A stretch of DNA of 64,000 nucleotides from Gemmatimonadota bacterium (GCA_007121555.1 SKKH01000022.1:130-64129), one strand, 5' to 3'; counted from the first letter of the stretch, positions 38,594 through 49,638 are shown. A program made the numbers and translations. Notes: a model not told the origin generated them from the letters alone.

Positions 38594-41401
38594 CTACGTC
38601 CCCTGCCCCGTCTGCGCCGTCTGCCCCTCGAGCAGGGATCGCAGCTCGCGAAGCTTTTCGCCGAAGCCCTCCCAATCCCCGTTCCGGAGCCGCTCATCGG
38701 CTTCGTCCAGGAGACGAAGAGCCTCGTCGGCCCCGGAGGCCTCGATACGCTCCAGCAACTCCGCGGGGACATCCTCTCCCGGTGCCGGAAGCTCAGTGAT
38801 GCCCTCGACCTCGTCTTCCACCACGCCTTCCAACCCCATGGCCAGTCCAGCCACGGCGCCCTGCAGGGTGGGGTCCATGACGACCCGACGTCCGTCGCTC
38901 ACCACGTATCGGCGAATCTCTGGAATGGCATCGGAGTCGGCGGCCAGGAAGACGGGCTCCATGTAGACCAGGGTATTCCCCACTGGAATCAGGTGGAGGT
39001 GCCCCGTCCAGACCTGGCTCCCCCCCTGTCGCCAGAGAGAGAACTGCTGCGAGATGTCGGGATCCTGCTCGATGAGGGCCTCGATCTGCCGGGGACCCCG
39101 TACCTGACTCTCCACCGGAACGTCCCAGAGCAGGAACTCGCCTCCCGTGTCAGGACCCCAGCGGGCGGCCACGAACGAGGCCAGGTTGTCCCGACCCTGG
39201 GGCACGAAGACGTTGGAGAGCACAAAGCTCTCTTCCTCCTCTCCGGGCAGGGTGAGGAAGCCGAACTCCGGACGGTACTCCACGGGCTGGGTATTCACCG
39301 CCAACTCGGTGGCGATGGACCATCGGTCCTGCTGTCCATGGAAGACGGCTGGCTCCTCCTGGTGGTACTGGAGGAGAACCCGACTCTGGACGTCCATCAG
39401 GTGGCGCGAGTATCGGAGGTGTCGGATCAGCTCCCCGGGCATCTCGTCCAGATCCCGGAAGAGGTCCGGGAAGGCGCCTCGATAGGCCTGGAGGAGGGGG
39501 TCGTCGGAGTCGGCCACGTACAGCCGGGTCTCCCCAGTCACCGCATCCACGGTGGCCTTGACCGAGTTCCGGATGTATCTGGCCGTGCGCCGGGCGTCCA
39601 CCGGATGGGCGGTCGAGAGGGGAAAGGACCGACTCACCGTGAAGGCCTCGAGAATCCAGATGATCCGGCCATCCGAGACCACCGGATAGGGCTCCTCGGG
39701 CAGGAAGAGGAATGGGGCCAGCGTACCCACCCGCTCGCGAACGTCGCGCCGGAAGACGAAGCGGCTCGTGGGCTCCACCTCCGAGGCGAAGAGCAGGTTG
39801 GGATCCTGGAAGTGCCAGGCCAGCGCGGCGGTTCGGAAGATGGACCCCATCCCGATCCCCTCCGGGAAATCCCGTCCAGGCTCTCCAGTGGAACCGTCGG
39901 GGGCCAGGAAGCTCCCACCCCCGGGGTTGATGATGGAATAGAGCTGGGGGCGACTCCCCACGTGCACCTGCGGACGGATGAGTTCCAGTTCCGCCGGCGG
40001 ATCCAGGTCTCTCCTGAACTCCGGAGGAATTCCCCCCAGGTATATGGGGAGCCGACCATTGGCATCCTGTCGGTTGAGCTGTCCGGCCACCGCCCCCATC
40101 CCCGAGATGTAGCGCTCGCGAAGGTGGAGGTTCTGCCAGTTGGGGTCGGGGATTCCGTTGGGGTCGACCTCCCGTACCGATAGGGCCACGGGCTGGACGA
40201 CGTCCCCCGAGGGATACCGGTCGAAGGTCACCCGGTGGAAGTCATAATACTCGAAGCGGGCCTCAATCTGGCGGAAGGTCGCCAGAAGGGTGCGCTCGGT
40301 CCAGATGGGAAGCCGGTCCAGGAGATCGGGTACCCGCTCCCAATCCTCCGGGCTCGGGGGCTGGTACGGAAGCCGCTCCCGGCTCATGTCCGAGAGATCG
40401 AATCCCCGCTGCGTGAAATCGACGGCGTGCTCGATGTAGGGTCGTTCCCGATCCAGCTCATTGGGCTGGACCTGGAAACGCTGGACCAGCGCCGGCACGA
40501 CCTGTCCGGCCACGATGGCGCCCAGGATCAGCAGACCCACCGATGCCGCGGCCGGAAGCACACGACGCTTCATGATGGACCAGACCACCGAGCCGGCCGC
40601 CAGGAGCGAGAGGAAGGTCAGAAAGCGGTAGGCCGGGATGCGGGCGTGTTCGTCCGTATAGCCGAAGATGCCCTGCACCGCGGAGTTGCCGTCCTGAATC
40701 AGGCCGAAGGGAGCCAGGTGGAAGCGCAGCGCCAGGAGGAGGAGGAAGATGGCTCCCAGCACCCCCAGGTGCACCCGGGTGATCTCCCGAACCCGGACCT
40801 GCCCCCCTCCCCATTCCACCGCACCCGTGGCCGAATATCCCGCCACCACGAGTACGGCCAGGAACACCGTCACCACGAGGAAGAAGGTGAGCAGCCCCTG
40901 GAGAACCGGGAGGAGGAAGAGGTAGAACCCGAGATCCCGTCCGAAGATGGGATCGGCCAGTCCCCACTCCGGCGCATTCAGGAGGAGGAGAGCACGGATC
41001 CCGGTTCCCTGGGGAATCGCCGCCGAGAACCAGAGGGCGATGAGGACGGAGAGGAGAATTCCGGCCCACCGTACGTAGGAGTCGGGCAACTGCTCCTGGA
41101 TGACCAGGTCTCCGACCCGGCGGCGCACCTGGATCCCGGAAAACGTCCGGAGGATGATCCGGAGGTTGACCCAGGTCAGGATCCCCACCAACGCCCCAGC
41201 GCCGAGACGCCCTCCCCACTCCCAGAGGAGCCGGGTGCGGAACACCCGAGCCGCTCCTTCAGCGGAGAACCAGAGGGCATCCACATACAGGGCGATCCCC
41301 CACCGGACGAGGAGGAGGACGAAGAGGAGCCCCAGGAACCCCCCGAGGATCATCCGGCCCCGCATCCCTCCAAGGAACCGAAGGGGACGACTCTCAGCCA
41401 T
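38594..41401 (-). CDS. UPF0182 family large membrane protein (function unknown)
   Basis: 935 aa. The N-terminal roughly 300 aa contain about 7 TM helices beginning GIALYVDALWF, followed by a large soluble region. This architecture is typical of UPF0182/COG1615. Confidence 0.8.
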   Translation of the reverse strand: MAESRPLRFLGGMRGRMILGGFLGLLFVLLLVRWGIALYVDALWFSAEGAARVFRTRLLWEWGGRLGAGALVGILTWVNLRIILRTFSGIQVRRRVGDLVIQEQLPDSYVRWAGILLSVLIALWFSAAIPQGTGIRALLLLNAPEWGLADPIFGRDLGFYLFLLPVLQGLLTFFLVVTVFLAVLVVAGYSATGAVEWGGGQVRVREITRVHLGVLGAIFLLLLALRFHLAPFGLIQDGNSAVQGIFGYTDEHARIPAYRFLTFLSLLAAGSVVWSIMKRRVLPAAASVGLLILGAIVAGQVVPALVQRFQVQPNELDRERPYIEHAVDFTQRGFDLSDMSRERLPYQPPSPEDWERVPDLLDRLPIWTERTLLATFRQIEARFEYYDFHRVTFDRYPSGDVVQPVALSVREVDPNGIPDPNWQNLHLRERYISGMGAVAGQLNRQDANGRLPIYLGGIPPEFRRDLDPPAELELIRPQVHVGSRPQLYSIINPGGGSFLAPDGSTGEPGRDFPEGIGMGSIFRTAALAWHFQDPNLLFASEVEPTSRFVFRRDVRERVGTLAPFLFLPEEPYPVVSDGRIIWILEAFTVSRSFPLSTAHPVDARRTARYIRNSVKATVDAVTGETRLYVADSDDPLLQAYRGAFPDLFRDLDEMPGELIRHLRYSRHLMDVQSRVLLQYHQEEPAVFHGQQDRWSIATELAVNTQPVEYRPEFGFLTLPGEEEESFVLSNVFVPQGRDNLASFVAARWGPDTGGEFLLWDVPVESQVRGPRQIEALIEQDPDISQQFSLWRQGGSQVWTGHLHLIPVGNTLVYMEPVFLAADSDAIPEIRRYVVSDGRRVVMDPTLQGAVAGLAMGLEGVVEDEVEGITELPAPGEDVPAELLERIEASGADEALRLLDEADERLRNGDWEGFGEKLRELRSLLEGQTAQTGQGT

Positions 41402-42809
41402 GGATGCCCTGACCTCGAAGCCAACGCTCCACCTGGCCGCGAATCTCGGCCAGCCGCTCCTCGTTCCGGGCTTCGAACCTGAGGACCAGCACGGGCTGGG
41501 TATTGGAGGCCCGGATCAGAGCCCAGCCGTCACCGAAGAGGATCCGAACTCCGTCCACGTCGACGACGTCGTGGGTCGCCGAGAAATGCTCGGCAGCGGC
41601 GGCGACGACGAGCGTCTTCACCTCCTCGGTCACTTCGAGGCGGATCTCCGGGGTCGACACGTATGTGGGAAATCCATCCACCGTCGTCGAGATGGGTTCG
41701 GAGCGATCCGCGATCATTCGGGCGAGCCGGCAGGCGGCGTAGAGCGCGTCGTCGATTCCCAGATAGTCCTCACCTCCGAAGCAGATGTGGCCGGAGAGCT
41801 CTCCGGCCAGGGGCGCTCCCGTCTCCCGCATCTTCTCCTTCATGAGGGAATGGCCCGTCTTCCACATGAGGCTGCGCCCCCCGGCCGCGTCGTAGACCTC
41901 CGGGAGGAGCTGGGAGCACTTCACGTCGTACAGGAGGAGCTGTCCCGGGCCCTTCCGCTCGAGGAGGTCGAGCCCGTAGAGAAGCAGGAGCACGTCGCCC
42001 CGAAGGATCCGGCCTCGATCATCCACCATCCCGATGCGGTCGGCATCCCCATCGAAGGCCACGCCCACCTGGGCCCCCTCCTTGCGAACGAGCTCGATCA
42101 TGTCCGTGAGATACTCGTCGACCGTGGGGTCGGGGTGATGGTTGGGAAAGGTGCCGTCGGACTCACAATACAGGGGAATCACCTCGACGCCCAGTCGCTC
42201 CAGCAGACGCTCGGCCACCACCGCCCCGGTGCCGTTCCCACAGTCGACCACCATTCGGACCCCTTCCACCGGACCGATCCGCCCCACCACATCGTCCACG
42301 TACGCATCCAGTGTCGGGTGGTCGATCCGGTCCCCGCGGGAGGACGGCTCGGGGGCCGGCGGGTGACCCGACGTCACCCGGGTCCGGAGCTCCTGGACCT
42401 GATCGCCGAAGAGGGAACGTCCCAGGGCGGTCATCTTGACCCCGTTCCAGCCGACCGGGTTGTGCGACCCGGTGACCTGAAGCGCCCCATGCACCCGAGG
42501 CTGGGTCTTCTCGGCCCACCAGGTGACCGGGGTGGGAACCACCCCCAGGTCCAGGACGTGGACCCCCACCTCGTTGAGGCCCTGGACCAACGCGTCGGCC
42601 AGGGCCGAAGAGGTCGGACGGTTGTCCTGACCCAGGACCACCCGGAGCGACTCGCCATCCGAACCGGCGTCATCGGCCATGGTCCGAAGCAGGCCGCCGT
42701 AGGCCCGGCCCACCTCCAGGATCAGGGCGGGAGTCAGCTCGCGGCCTACGATTCCGCGAATGTCATATTCCCGGAACACGTGGTGCGGAACGTCCATGTC
42801 TCCAGGCAC
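41394..42809 (-). CDS. Phosphomannomutase / phosphoglucomutase (alpha-D-phosphohexomutase)
   Basis: FREYDIRG, the active-site VTGSHNPVGWNG, FDGDADR, and GELSGH motifs. Stop overlaps the UPF0182 start by 8 nt. Confidence 0.85.
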   Translation of the reverse strand: MPGDMDVPHHVFREYDIRGIVGRELTPALILEVGRAYGGLLRTMADDAGSDGESLRVVLGQDNRPTSSALADALVQGLNEVGVHVLDLGVVPTPVTWWAEKTQPRVHGALQVTGSHNPVGWNGVKMTALGRSLFGDQVQELRTRVTSGHPPAPEPSSRGDRIDHPTLDAYVDDVVGRIGPVEGVRMVVDCGNGTGAVVAERLLERLGVEVIPLYCESDGTFPNHHPDPTVDEYLTDMIELVRKEGAQVGVAFDGDADRIGMVDDRGRILRGDVLLLLYGLDLLERKGPGQLLLYDVKCSQLLPEVYDAAGGRSLMWKTGHSLMKEKMRETGAPLAGELSGHICFGGEDYLGIDDALYAACRLARMIADRSEPISTTVDGFPTYVSTPEIRLEVTEEVKTLVVAAAAEHFSATHDVVDVDGVRILFGDGWALIRASNTQPVLVLRFEARNEERLAEIRGQVERWLRGQGIHG

Positions 42810-42823
42810 TCAGGCGGAAGGAA

Positions 42824-44329
42824 TCAGGGTCGCAGCCCCAGGAAGGTATCTCGAGCCAGCCCCATCCCTTCGGCGCTCGCCATGGCGCCATCCAGGAGGC
42901 CGCCGGGAAGAATCCCCAGATACACGATGATCCCGGCGGCGACGATGAGGGTCATCCGGAGGGGGATGGACGCCCAGACCCCTACCTGAGCGTCGTCCCG
43001 GGCAGCCGAACGCATCCACATGTACCAGGCCACCCGCAGATAATAGTAGTAGGAGAGCACCGTCGTGAGGACCAGAATCACCGACAGGGTCCAGAGCTGG
43101 CTCTCCACCGCCCCCTGCAGGATATAGATCTTGGCCATGAACCCGCCGGTGCCCGGGAAACCGGCCAGGGAGAGGAGAAAGATGGTGAAGAGGACGGCCA
43201 GCAGGGGCTGGGTCCATCCGAAACCGGAGTAGTCCTCCACCTGGAGGCGGTCCTCGCCGTGCTGCGACACGACCATCAGGATCCCGAAGGCCCCGATGTT
43301 CATGACGGTGTAGACCAGAAGATAGAAGAGCAGCCCCGCCATGGCCATCTCGTTGGCTGCCGCCATGGCCACCAGGAGATACCCTCCATGGGCCACCGAG
43401 GAGTAGGCCAGCATACGCTTTACGTTCGCCTGCGTGAGGGCGATCAGGTTCGCGACGACCATGGTCAGGGCCGCCAACCACCACATCACCGGATACCAGG
43501 ACTCGTAGAGCGCAGGAAAGGCCTCCATGAACACCCGGACGAAGGCCACGAAGGAGGCGGCCTTCACCGCCGCCGCCATGAAGGCCGTGGAGGGAGACGG
43601 AGCCCCCTCATAGACGTCCGGCGTCCACATGTGGAAGGGAACCGCCGCGACCTTGAAGGCAAACCCGATGGCGAGCAGCCCCATCCCTGCCAGGAGGAGT
43701 CCGGTGAAGCCAGCGCCCGCCTCCACGGTCGCCCCGATCTCGGGAAGGTGCACGCTCCCGGTGGCACCCCACACCAGGGCGATCCCGTAGAGGAGAAACC
43801 CGGAGGAGAAGGATCCCAGGATGAAGTACTTCAGCCCTCCCTCGGCCGACTTCCGATCCCGCCGATTGTACGCCGTGAGGACGTAAGCGGCGACGGACAT
43901 GGTCTCGAGCGCCAGGAAGAGGAGGATGAGGTTCCGGGTCCCGCCCATCACCATCATGCCCACGGTGGCCAGGAGGACGAGGGCGTAGAACTCTCCCGCC
44001 TGGAGCTTCTGCCGCTCGATGTAGGTGGTGGAGACCAGGATGGTGAGCCCCGCACCCAGCAGGAAGAGCCAGTTCGCGAAGAGCCGGAAGGCGTCGAGAG
44101 TGATCATCGCGCCATCATCGGCGGCGGAGACGCCGTAGAGCCATCCGTTCACCGCCCCGGCCAGCAGGATGCCCACCAGGGCGATCCAACCGAGCGCTGC
44201 CGCGTTGGACGGGGGGTCCTCGGGGCGCCGCACGCCGGCCAGAAGGACGACCATGGCCCACGCAGAGAGGACGATCTCAGGCAGTAGCGCCCAGATGTAG
44301 TCGACGTTCGAAACGAAATCGAGTGTCAT
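42824..44329 (-). CDS. nuoN: NADH-quinone oxidoreductase subunit N
   Basis: Polytopic antiporter-like subunit in the last position of the nuo string. Confidence 0.9.
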   Translation of the reverse strand: MTLDFVSNVDYIWALLPEIVLSAWAMVVLLAGVRRPEDPPSNAAALGWIALVGILLAGAVNGWLYGVSAADDGAMITLDAFRLFANWLFLLGAGLTILVSTTYIERQKLQAGEFYALVLLATVGMMVMGGTRNLILLFLALETMSVAAYVLTAYNRRDRKSAEGGLKYFILGSFSSGFLLYGIALVWGATGSVHLPEIGATVEAGAGFTGLLLAGMGLLAIGFAFKVAAVPFHMWTPDVYEGAPSPSTAFMAAAVKAASFVAFVRVFMEAFPALYESWYPVMWWLAALTMVVANLIALTQANVKRMLAYSSVAHGGYLLVAMAAANEMAMAGLLFYLLVYTVMNIGAFGILMVVSQHGEDRLQVEDYSGFGWTQPLLAVLFTIFLLSLAGFPGTGGFMAKIYILQGAVESQLWTLSVILVLTTVLSYYYYLRVAWYMWMRSAARDDAQVGVWASIPLRMTLIVAAGIIVYLGILPGGLLDGAMASAEGMGLARDTFLGLRP

Positions 44330-44335
44330 TCCGGA

Positions 44336-46093
44336 TCAGCCCTCATCCCCAGTGAAGTCTCCTCCGCGGCGAACCGGGCCCTCGTTCCGGGCGACCCCGA
44401 GCCACATCGATGTGCGTGCTTCTGCTCCTGCGCCCGCATCGTCGGGTGCGGACAACCCCGCCCCCACCCCGAGCATCTGGGCCTGGCCCTCGTGCGAAGG
44501 GGGAACTTCCTCTACCCAGACCGCGTCGGCCGGCGCAGGTCCTACCTCTCCGGAGCGAACCACCTCCTGCAGAGGACCCACCCTGGCCCCGTCATCCACG
44601 TACTGCACGATGGCCTGCACCCCGGGCTCCATCCGGTCCAGCACCGGGGTCGGGAAGACCCCCAGAACCACCATGAGAATCAGGAGGGGCGACAGGACGG
44701 CGACTTCCCGGGAACTCAGATCCTTCATGGTCCGGTTCTCCTCCCTCTCCAGCTTGTTGAAAAGGATCTTCTGGACCATGGGAAGCATGTAGTAGGCGGC
44801 GAAGATGACGCCTGTGGCTCCCAGGAAGGCGATGACCGGATACTTCTCGAAGGTTCCCACGAGCGCGAGGAACTCGCCCACGAATCCGCTGGTCCCGGGA
44901 AGTCCGATGGAGGCCAACGCCGTGATCACGAACGCGGTGGCCATGAGCGGCGCTACCCGGGCCAGCCCCCCGAAGTCGGCGATCAGCCGGGTGTGCCTTC
45001 GCTCGTAGAGCATCCCGAGGAGCAGGAACAGCGCCCCTGTCGAGATCCCGTGGGAGATCATGACGAACAGCCCGCCCTGAAGTCCGTTCACGGTCACCGT
45101 GAAGATGCCCAGGACCACGAAACCCATGTGGGCCACCGAGGTGTAGGCCACGAGCTTCTTCGCGTCGGGCTGCACTGCCGCGACCCACGCGGCGTAGATG
45201 ATGCCCACCACCCCCAGACTGAGCATGATCATGACCACCGTGGAGTGGACCGCCGCGTCCGGGAAGAAGGGGAGAACGAACCGGATGAACCCGTAGGCCC
45301 CCAGCTTCAGGAGGACTGCGGCCAGCACCACCGAACCCGGGGTCGGCGCCTCCACGTGGGCATCCGGGAGCCAGGTGTGGAAGGGGAAGAGCGGCACCTT
45401 GATGGCGAAGGCCAGGGCGAAGGCCGAGAAGAGCCAGATCTGCTCCGTCAGGCTGAGCGGCGTCCCCACCAGGTCCAGGTAGTGGAAGGAGGCAGGCGCT
45501 CCCGCCGCCTGCGCCTGGAACCAGAGGTAGAGGATTCCCACCAGCATGAGGAGGGATCCAAGGGCGGTATAGAGGAAGAACTTCACCGCCGCATAGATCC
45601 GTCGCTCCCCTCCCCAGACCCCCACAATGAAGTACATGGGGACGAGGGTCAGTTCGAAGAAGATGTAGAAGAGGAAGAGGTCCATGGACGCGAAGACCCC
45701 TACGATCCCCGTCTGGAGCAGGAGCATGAGGGCGTAGAAGGCCCGTCTCCGCTCTCCGATGTACTTGAAGGCCCCCAGGATCGCCACCGGCATGGTGAAG
45801 GTGGTGAGCAGGATCATGAACAGGCTGATCCCGTCGATCCCCAGGGCGTAGCTGACTCCCCAGAGTTCGATCCACGGGGTCTCGCTGGTGAGCTGGAAGA
45901 GGGACCCGGCGGGATCGAAGGCCCACCAGAGCCCCAGGCTCAGAACGAAGAGACCCGCCGTCCAGCCGAAGGCGAACTCCTTGACCTTCTCCTCGGAGAT
46001 GAGGAGTACACCGGCGATGCCCACGAGGGGAAGCCAGATGAGGGCATGAAGGATCCAGCTATCGTAGGCGATGGCGTCGATGAGTGCAGTCAT
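44336..46093 (-). CDS. nuoM: NADH-quinone oxidoreductase subunit M (with a roughly 90-aa C-terminal tail)
   Basis: Antiporter-like membrane subunit (WLPDAHVEAPTPGSV motif), between nuoL and nuoN. Confidence 0.9.
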   Translation of the reverse strand: MTALIDAIAYDSWILHALIWLPLVGIAGVLLISEEKVKEFAFGWTAGLFVLSLGLWWAFDPAGSLFQLTSETPWIELWGVSYALGIDGISLFMILLTTFTMPVAILGAFKYIGERRRAFYALMLLLQTGIVGVFASMDLFLFYIFFELTLVPMYFIVGVWGGERRIYAAVKFFLYTALGSLLMLVGILYLWFQAQAAGAPASFHYLDLVGTPLSLTEQIWLFSAFALAFAIKVPLFPFHTWLPDAHVEAPTPGSVVLAAVLLKLGAYGFIRFVLPFFPDAAVHSTVVMIMLSLGVVGIIYAAWVAAVQPDAKKLVAYTSVAHMGFVVLGIFTVTVNGLQGGLFVMISHGISTGALFLLLGMLYERRHTRLIADFGGLARVAPLMATAFVITALASIGLPGTSGFVGEFLALVGTFEKYPVIAFLGATGVIFAAYYMLPMVQKILFNKLEREENRTMKDLSSREVAVLSPLLILMVVLGVFPTPVLDRMEPGVQAIVQYVDDGARVGPLQEVVRSGEVGPAPADAVWVEEVPPSHEGQAQMLGVGAGLSAPDDAGAGAEARTSMWLGVARNEGPVRRGGDFTGDEG

Positions 46094-46106
46094 GACCGGC
46101 CCCCCC

Positions 46107-48248
46107 TCAAAGAATCAGGACACCGAGGACGACGAGCGCCCCCAGGGTCAGGATGAAGGCATAGGTGCCGATCTGCCCCGTCTGGAAGAGGGATCCGAAC
46201 CACCCGACCCCCCGGGAAACCGACCCCACGGCGTTCACGGTCCCGTCGATGAGCACCTGGTCGATCCACCTCCAACAGGCCCTGGAAAGCCCGAGAATCG
46301 GCTGAACGATGAACCGGTCGTAGAACTCGTCCACGTACCACTTGTCGTGAAGGACCTTTCCGAACCCGGTGTCGGGCTCGGACTCGTGGGCCGGCCGGAT
46401 CTCCCGGCCCGACACGAGCCGGGCACCGATCAGGACCACGGCCAGGGCCAGGCCGGTGGCGATGGCCCCCCACATCACGTGGCCTCCCCCCACCGGAGCC
46501 GTGGAGGCGTAGGCTCCCAGCTGCTCCAGGCGGACTGCGTCGGCCGAGGCCGTCACGGGCTCGAGCCACCGGTCCAACCAGTCGGACATGGGGAGCAGGC
46601 CGAAGCCGCCGAAGAAGGACTCACGCACGGACCCGGGCACGTTCACCCACCCGCCGAATACCGATAGCACCGCCAGGATTCCCAGTGGGACCGTCATGGT
46701 CAGGGGAGACTCGTGGAGGTGGACCGCCTCCGCCTGTCCGGTCCTATTCGGACCGTGGAAGGTCATGACCATCATCCGAGTCATGTAGAAGGCTGTGAGG
46801 AGCGCAGTGGCAATGGCCATTCCCCAGAGGATCGTGTAGAGGACCGAAGCCGGAGCCGAGGTTCCCACGTACCAGATGATCTCATCCTTCGAAAAGAACC
46901 CTGCGAAGGGCCAGATTCCGGCGATGGCCAGGGTGGCCACCCACATGGTGATCCAGGTCACGGGCATGAACCGCTTGAGCCCGCCCATATTCCGCATGTC
47001 CTGCGCGTCCCATTCCTTGTGGGTGGAATGGAGGGCGTGGTGCATCGAGTGGATCACGGCACCGGCCCCCAGGAAGAGGAGGGCCTTGAAGAAGGCGTGG
47101 GTCATGAGGTGGAAGACCCCGGCCGCATAGGCCCCGACCCCCACACCCATGAACATGAAGCCCAACTGGGAGACCGTGGAGTAGGCCAGAACCTTCTTGA
47201 TGTCGTACTGCTTCAGGGCGATGGTGGCCGCAAAGAGGGCCGTAATGGCTCCGATGGTGGCCACCGCCGCCGCCCCCACCGGGGCCAGGGCGAAGAGGAC
47301 CGAGGCCCGGGCCACCAGGTAGACCCCCGCCGTGACCATGGTGGCGGCATGGATGAGCGCCGAGACCGGCGTGGGCCCGGCCATGGCGTCGGGGAGCCAG
47401 ACGTAGAGGGGCACCTGAGCACTCTTGCCCACCGCGCCCAGGAGCAGGAAGAGCGCGATCGCCGTGGCCGCGCCCCCACCGTAGACCAGGGCGTCGGGAG
47501 CGGCGGAGAAGATGGCCTGGTAGTCCAGGGTCCCGAAGATGGCGAAGAGGATGAACATCGCCATGAGGAGACCGAAATCTCCGACCCGGTTCACGATGAA
47601 CGCCTTCTTGCCGGCGTCGGCCTTCTCCCGATCCTGGAACCAGAAGCCGATGAGCAGATAGGAGCAGAGCCCTACCCCTTCCCACCCCACGAACATCATG
47701 GGGAAGTTGGCCCCCATGACGAGGGTGAGCATGAAGAAGACGAAGAGATTCAGGTAGGCGAAGTACCGGGGATAGCCGGGGTCCTCCTTCATATATCCCA
47801 CGCTGAACACGTGGATCAGGAACCCGACCCCTGTGATCACCATCATCATGATCAGGGAGAGCTGATCCAACTGGATCGCCGCCTCCACGGTGAGCGCACC
47901 GGTGGCCATCCAGGTCCAGTACGACCGGATCACCGGCTCGGTGAGCTCGACCCCGAACATCCCGACAAAGTTGACCAGGGTCAGGAGGAAGGCCCCCAGC
48001 ATGACCCCGGGCCCGATCCAGGTGGGCAGGGTGTGGGTCGCCGGCCGGTCCCCGCCCGTCGTATCGGGCTCGGGGGACCCGGCGCGCACCGCCGCCGCTC
48101 CTCGAGTTCCGGCCTTCAGGGCCAGCGCCCCATTGATGGCGAAGCCCAGCAGGGGAAGCAGGAGGATCAGTCCGGGGAGAAAGGGATCGAATCCCCCCAC
48201 GGCCTCCTGGGCCCCGAGCGCCGTGTTCAGCAATACGGTTCCGCTCAT
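46107..48248 (-). CDS. nuoL: NADH-quinone oxidoreductase subunit L
   Basis: 713 aa with the WLPDAMAGPTPVSALIHAATMV motif and a C-terminal lateral helix region. Confidence 0.9.
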   Translation of the reverse strand: MSGTVLLNTALGAQEAVGGFDPFLPGLILLLPLLGFAINGALALKAGTRGAAAVRAGSPEPDTTGGDRPATHTLPTWIGPGVMLGAFLLTLVNFVGMFGVELTEPVIRSYWTWMATGALTVEAAIQLDQLSLIMMMVITGVGFLIHVFSVGYMKEDPGYPRYFAYLNLFVFFMLTLVMGANFPMMFVGWEGVGLCSYLLIGFWFQDREKADAGKKAFIVNRVGDFGLLMAMFILFAIFGTLDYQAIFSAAPDALVYGGGAATAIALFLLLGAVGKSAQVPLYVWLPDAMAGPTPVSALIHAATMVTAGVYLVARASVLFALAPVGAAAVATIGAITALFAATIALKQYDIKKVLAYSTVSQLGFMFMGVGVGAYAAGVFHLMTHAFFKALLFLGAGAVIHSMHHALHSTHKEWDAQDMRNMGGLKRFMPVTWITMWVATLAIAGIWPFAGFFSKDEIIWYVGTSAPASVLYTILWGMAIATALLTAFYMTRMMVMTFHGPNRTGQAEAVHLHESPLTMTVPLGILAVLSVFGGWVNVPGSVRESFFGGFGLLPMSDWLDRWLEPVTASADAVRLEQLGAYASTAPVGGGHVMWGAIATGLALAVVLIGARLVSGREIRPAHESEPDTGFGKVLHDKWYVDEFYDRFIVQPILGLSRACWRWIDQVLIDGTVNAVGSVSRGVGWFGSLFQTGQIGTYAFILTLGALVVLGVLIL

Positions 48249-48252
48249 GACC

Positions 48253-48555
48253 TCACCACTTCAGGAGGTTGAAGTTGTCCACGTTCACCGTCTCGTAGTG
48301 CCGGAAGATGGAGATGATGATGGCGAGCCCCACCGCCGCCTCCGCCGCCGCCACGGTCATCACGAAGAAGACGAAGATCTGCCCTTCAATCCCCAGATAT
48401 CTGGAAAGGGCGACGAAGGAGAGGTTCACCGCGTTGAGCTGTAACTCTACGCAGAGGAACATGATGATGGCGTTTCTCCGGATCAGGACCCCGAAGGTCC
48501 CGATCACGAAGAGGATCGCGCTGAGGACGAGGGCTTCGGCCAGCATGGTCGTCAC
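48253..48555 (-). CDS. nuoK: NADH-quinone oxidoreductase subunit K
   Basis: 100 aa, three TM helices, [11 protein letters not shown] motif. Confidence 0.9.
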   Translation of the reverse strand: MTTMLAEALVLSAILFVIGTFGVLIRRNAIIMFLCVELQLNAVNLSFVALSRYLGIEGQIFVFFVMTVAAAEAAVGLAIIISIFRHYETVNVDNFNLLKW

Positions 48556-49076
48556 ACCCTCCGCTTGGCGATGACGATGGCCCCGACGAGCGCCACCAGG
48601 AGAAGGATTCCGGTGAGCTCGAAAGCCACCACGTAGTCGGTGAAGAGAGGCAGGGCGATGGCGCCGATGGCCCCCTGCTCAGCCAGAAGCTGATCCATCC
48701 CCTCCGGACCCGGGAAGTGCGCCATGATCGGGCTCTCCTCGGCTCCTCGGAACTGGCGGGCCAGGAGGCCGCCGATGGCCCCGGTCACGGCGAAGGCCAG
48801 GAAGAGCCCTACCCCGGACTTCAGATCGTCCTTGTAGTCATGCCCCAGGTTCAGGAGCATGATCACGAAGAGGAAGAGGACCATGATGGCGCCGGCGTAG
48901 ACCATGACCTGGATCGCGGCCAGGAAGTGGGCCTCCATGAGAACGAAGATCCCGGCTACCGAAGCCAGCGTCCCCACCATGAAGAGGAGACTCCCCACCG
49001 GATTCTTCTGGAGAACCACGCCCAGGGCGCCCCCCACCGCCGTACCGGCGAACACGAAGAACAGGATATCAGCCAT
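48552..49076 (-). CDS. nuoJ: NADH-quinone oxidoreductase subunit J
   Basis: 174-aa membrane protein between nuoI and nuo[17 protein letters not shown] motif. Confidence 0.85.
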   Translation of the reverse strand: MADILFFVFAGTAVGGALGVVLQKNPVGSLLFMVGTLASVAGIFVLMEAHFLAAIQVMVYAGAIMVLFLFVIMLLNLGHDYKDDLKSGVGLFLAFAVTGAIGGLLARQFRGAEESPIMAHFPGPEGMDQLLAEQGAIGAIALPLFTDYVVAFELTGILLLVALVGAIVIAKRRV

Positions 49077-49088
49077 GAACGATGCGCC

Positions 49089-49589
49089 TTACTCGGAGCG
49101 GGGATCCGACGGATCCCAGAGGAGCGTGGTCGGATGGTCCTGCTCCATGAGGCGGTCCAGGTCGTACACGAACCGGTCACGGGTGTATTCCGCGTTCTCG
49201 AAATGAACCCCGACGTGGATCGCCTCCACAGGACAGACCTCCTGGCACATCCCGCAGAAGATGCAGCGGAACTCGTCGATCTCGTACACGATGGGATACC
49301 GGTTGCCCTGGTCGTCCTCGCCTCCGACAAGCCGGATGCAGTTCGCCGGACACACCGTGGGGCACAGGCCGCAGGCCACGCACTTCGGCCGGCCGTCGGC
49401 GTGGACCTCCATCCGGTGGGTCCCCCGCCAGCGCTCGGAGAGCGGGGGCTGCTCCTCCGGATACTGGCGGGTCACCTTCTTCGGATTCACCATGTGCTTG
49501 AAGGTGAGCGCCATCCCCTTCAGGGTGGCACGGATATAGGACGTCTGCCCGGGGTCCGGGCGCCGCATGACCTTTACTGTCGCTGCCAT
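49089..49589 (-). CDS. nuoI: NADH-quinone oxidoreductase subunit I
   Basis: Two 4Fe-4S motifs, CVACGLCPTVCP and CIFCGMCQEVCP. Confidence 0.9.
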   Translation of the reverse strand: MAATVKVMRRPDPGQTSYIRATLKGMALTFKHMVNPKKVTRQYPEEQPPLSERWRGTHRMEVHADGRPKCVACGLCPTVCPANCIRLVGGEDDQGNRYPIVYEIDEFRCIFCGMCQEVCPVEAIHVGVHFENAEYTRDRFVYDLDRLMEQDHPTTLLWDPSDPRSE

Positions 49590-49638
49590 ATCGCCAACCT
49601 CCGCGATGGGTGCTTGAACATTGCGTTCGGAATCCGGT

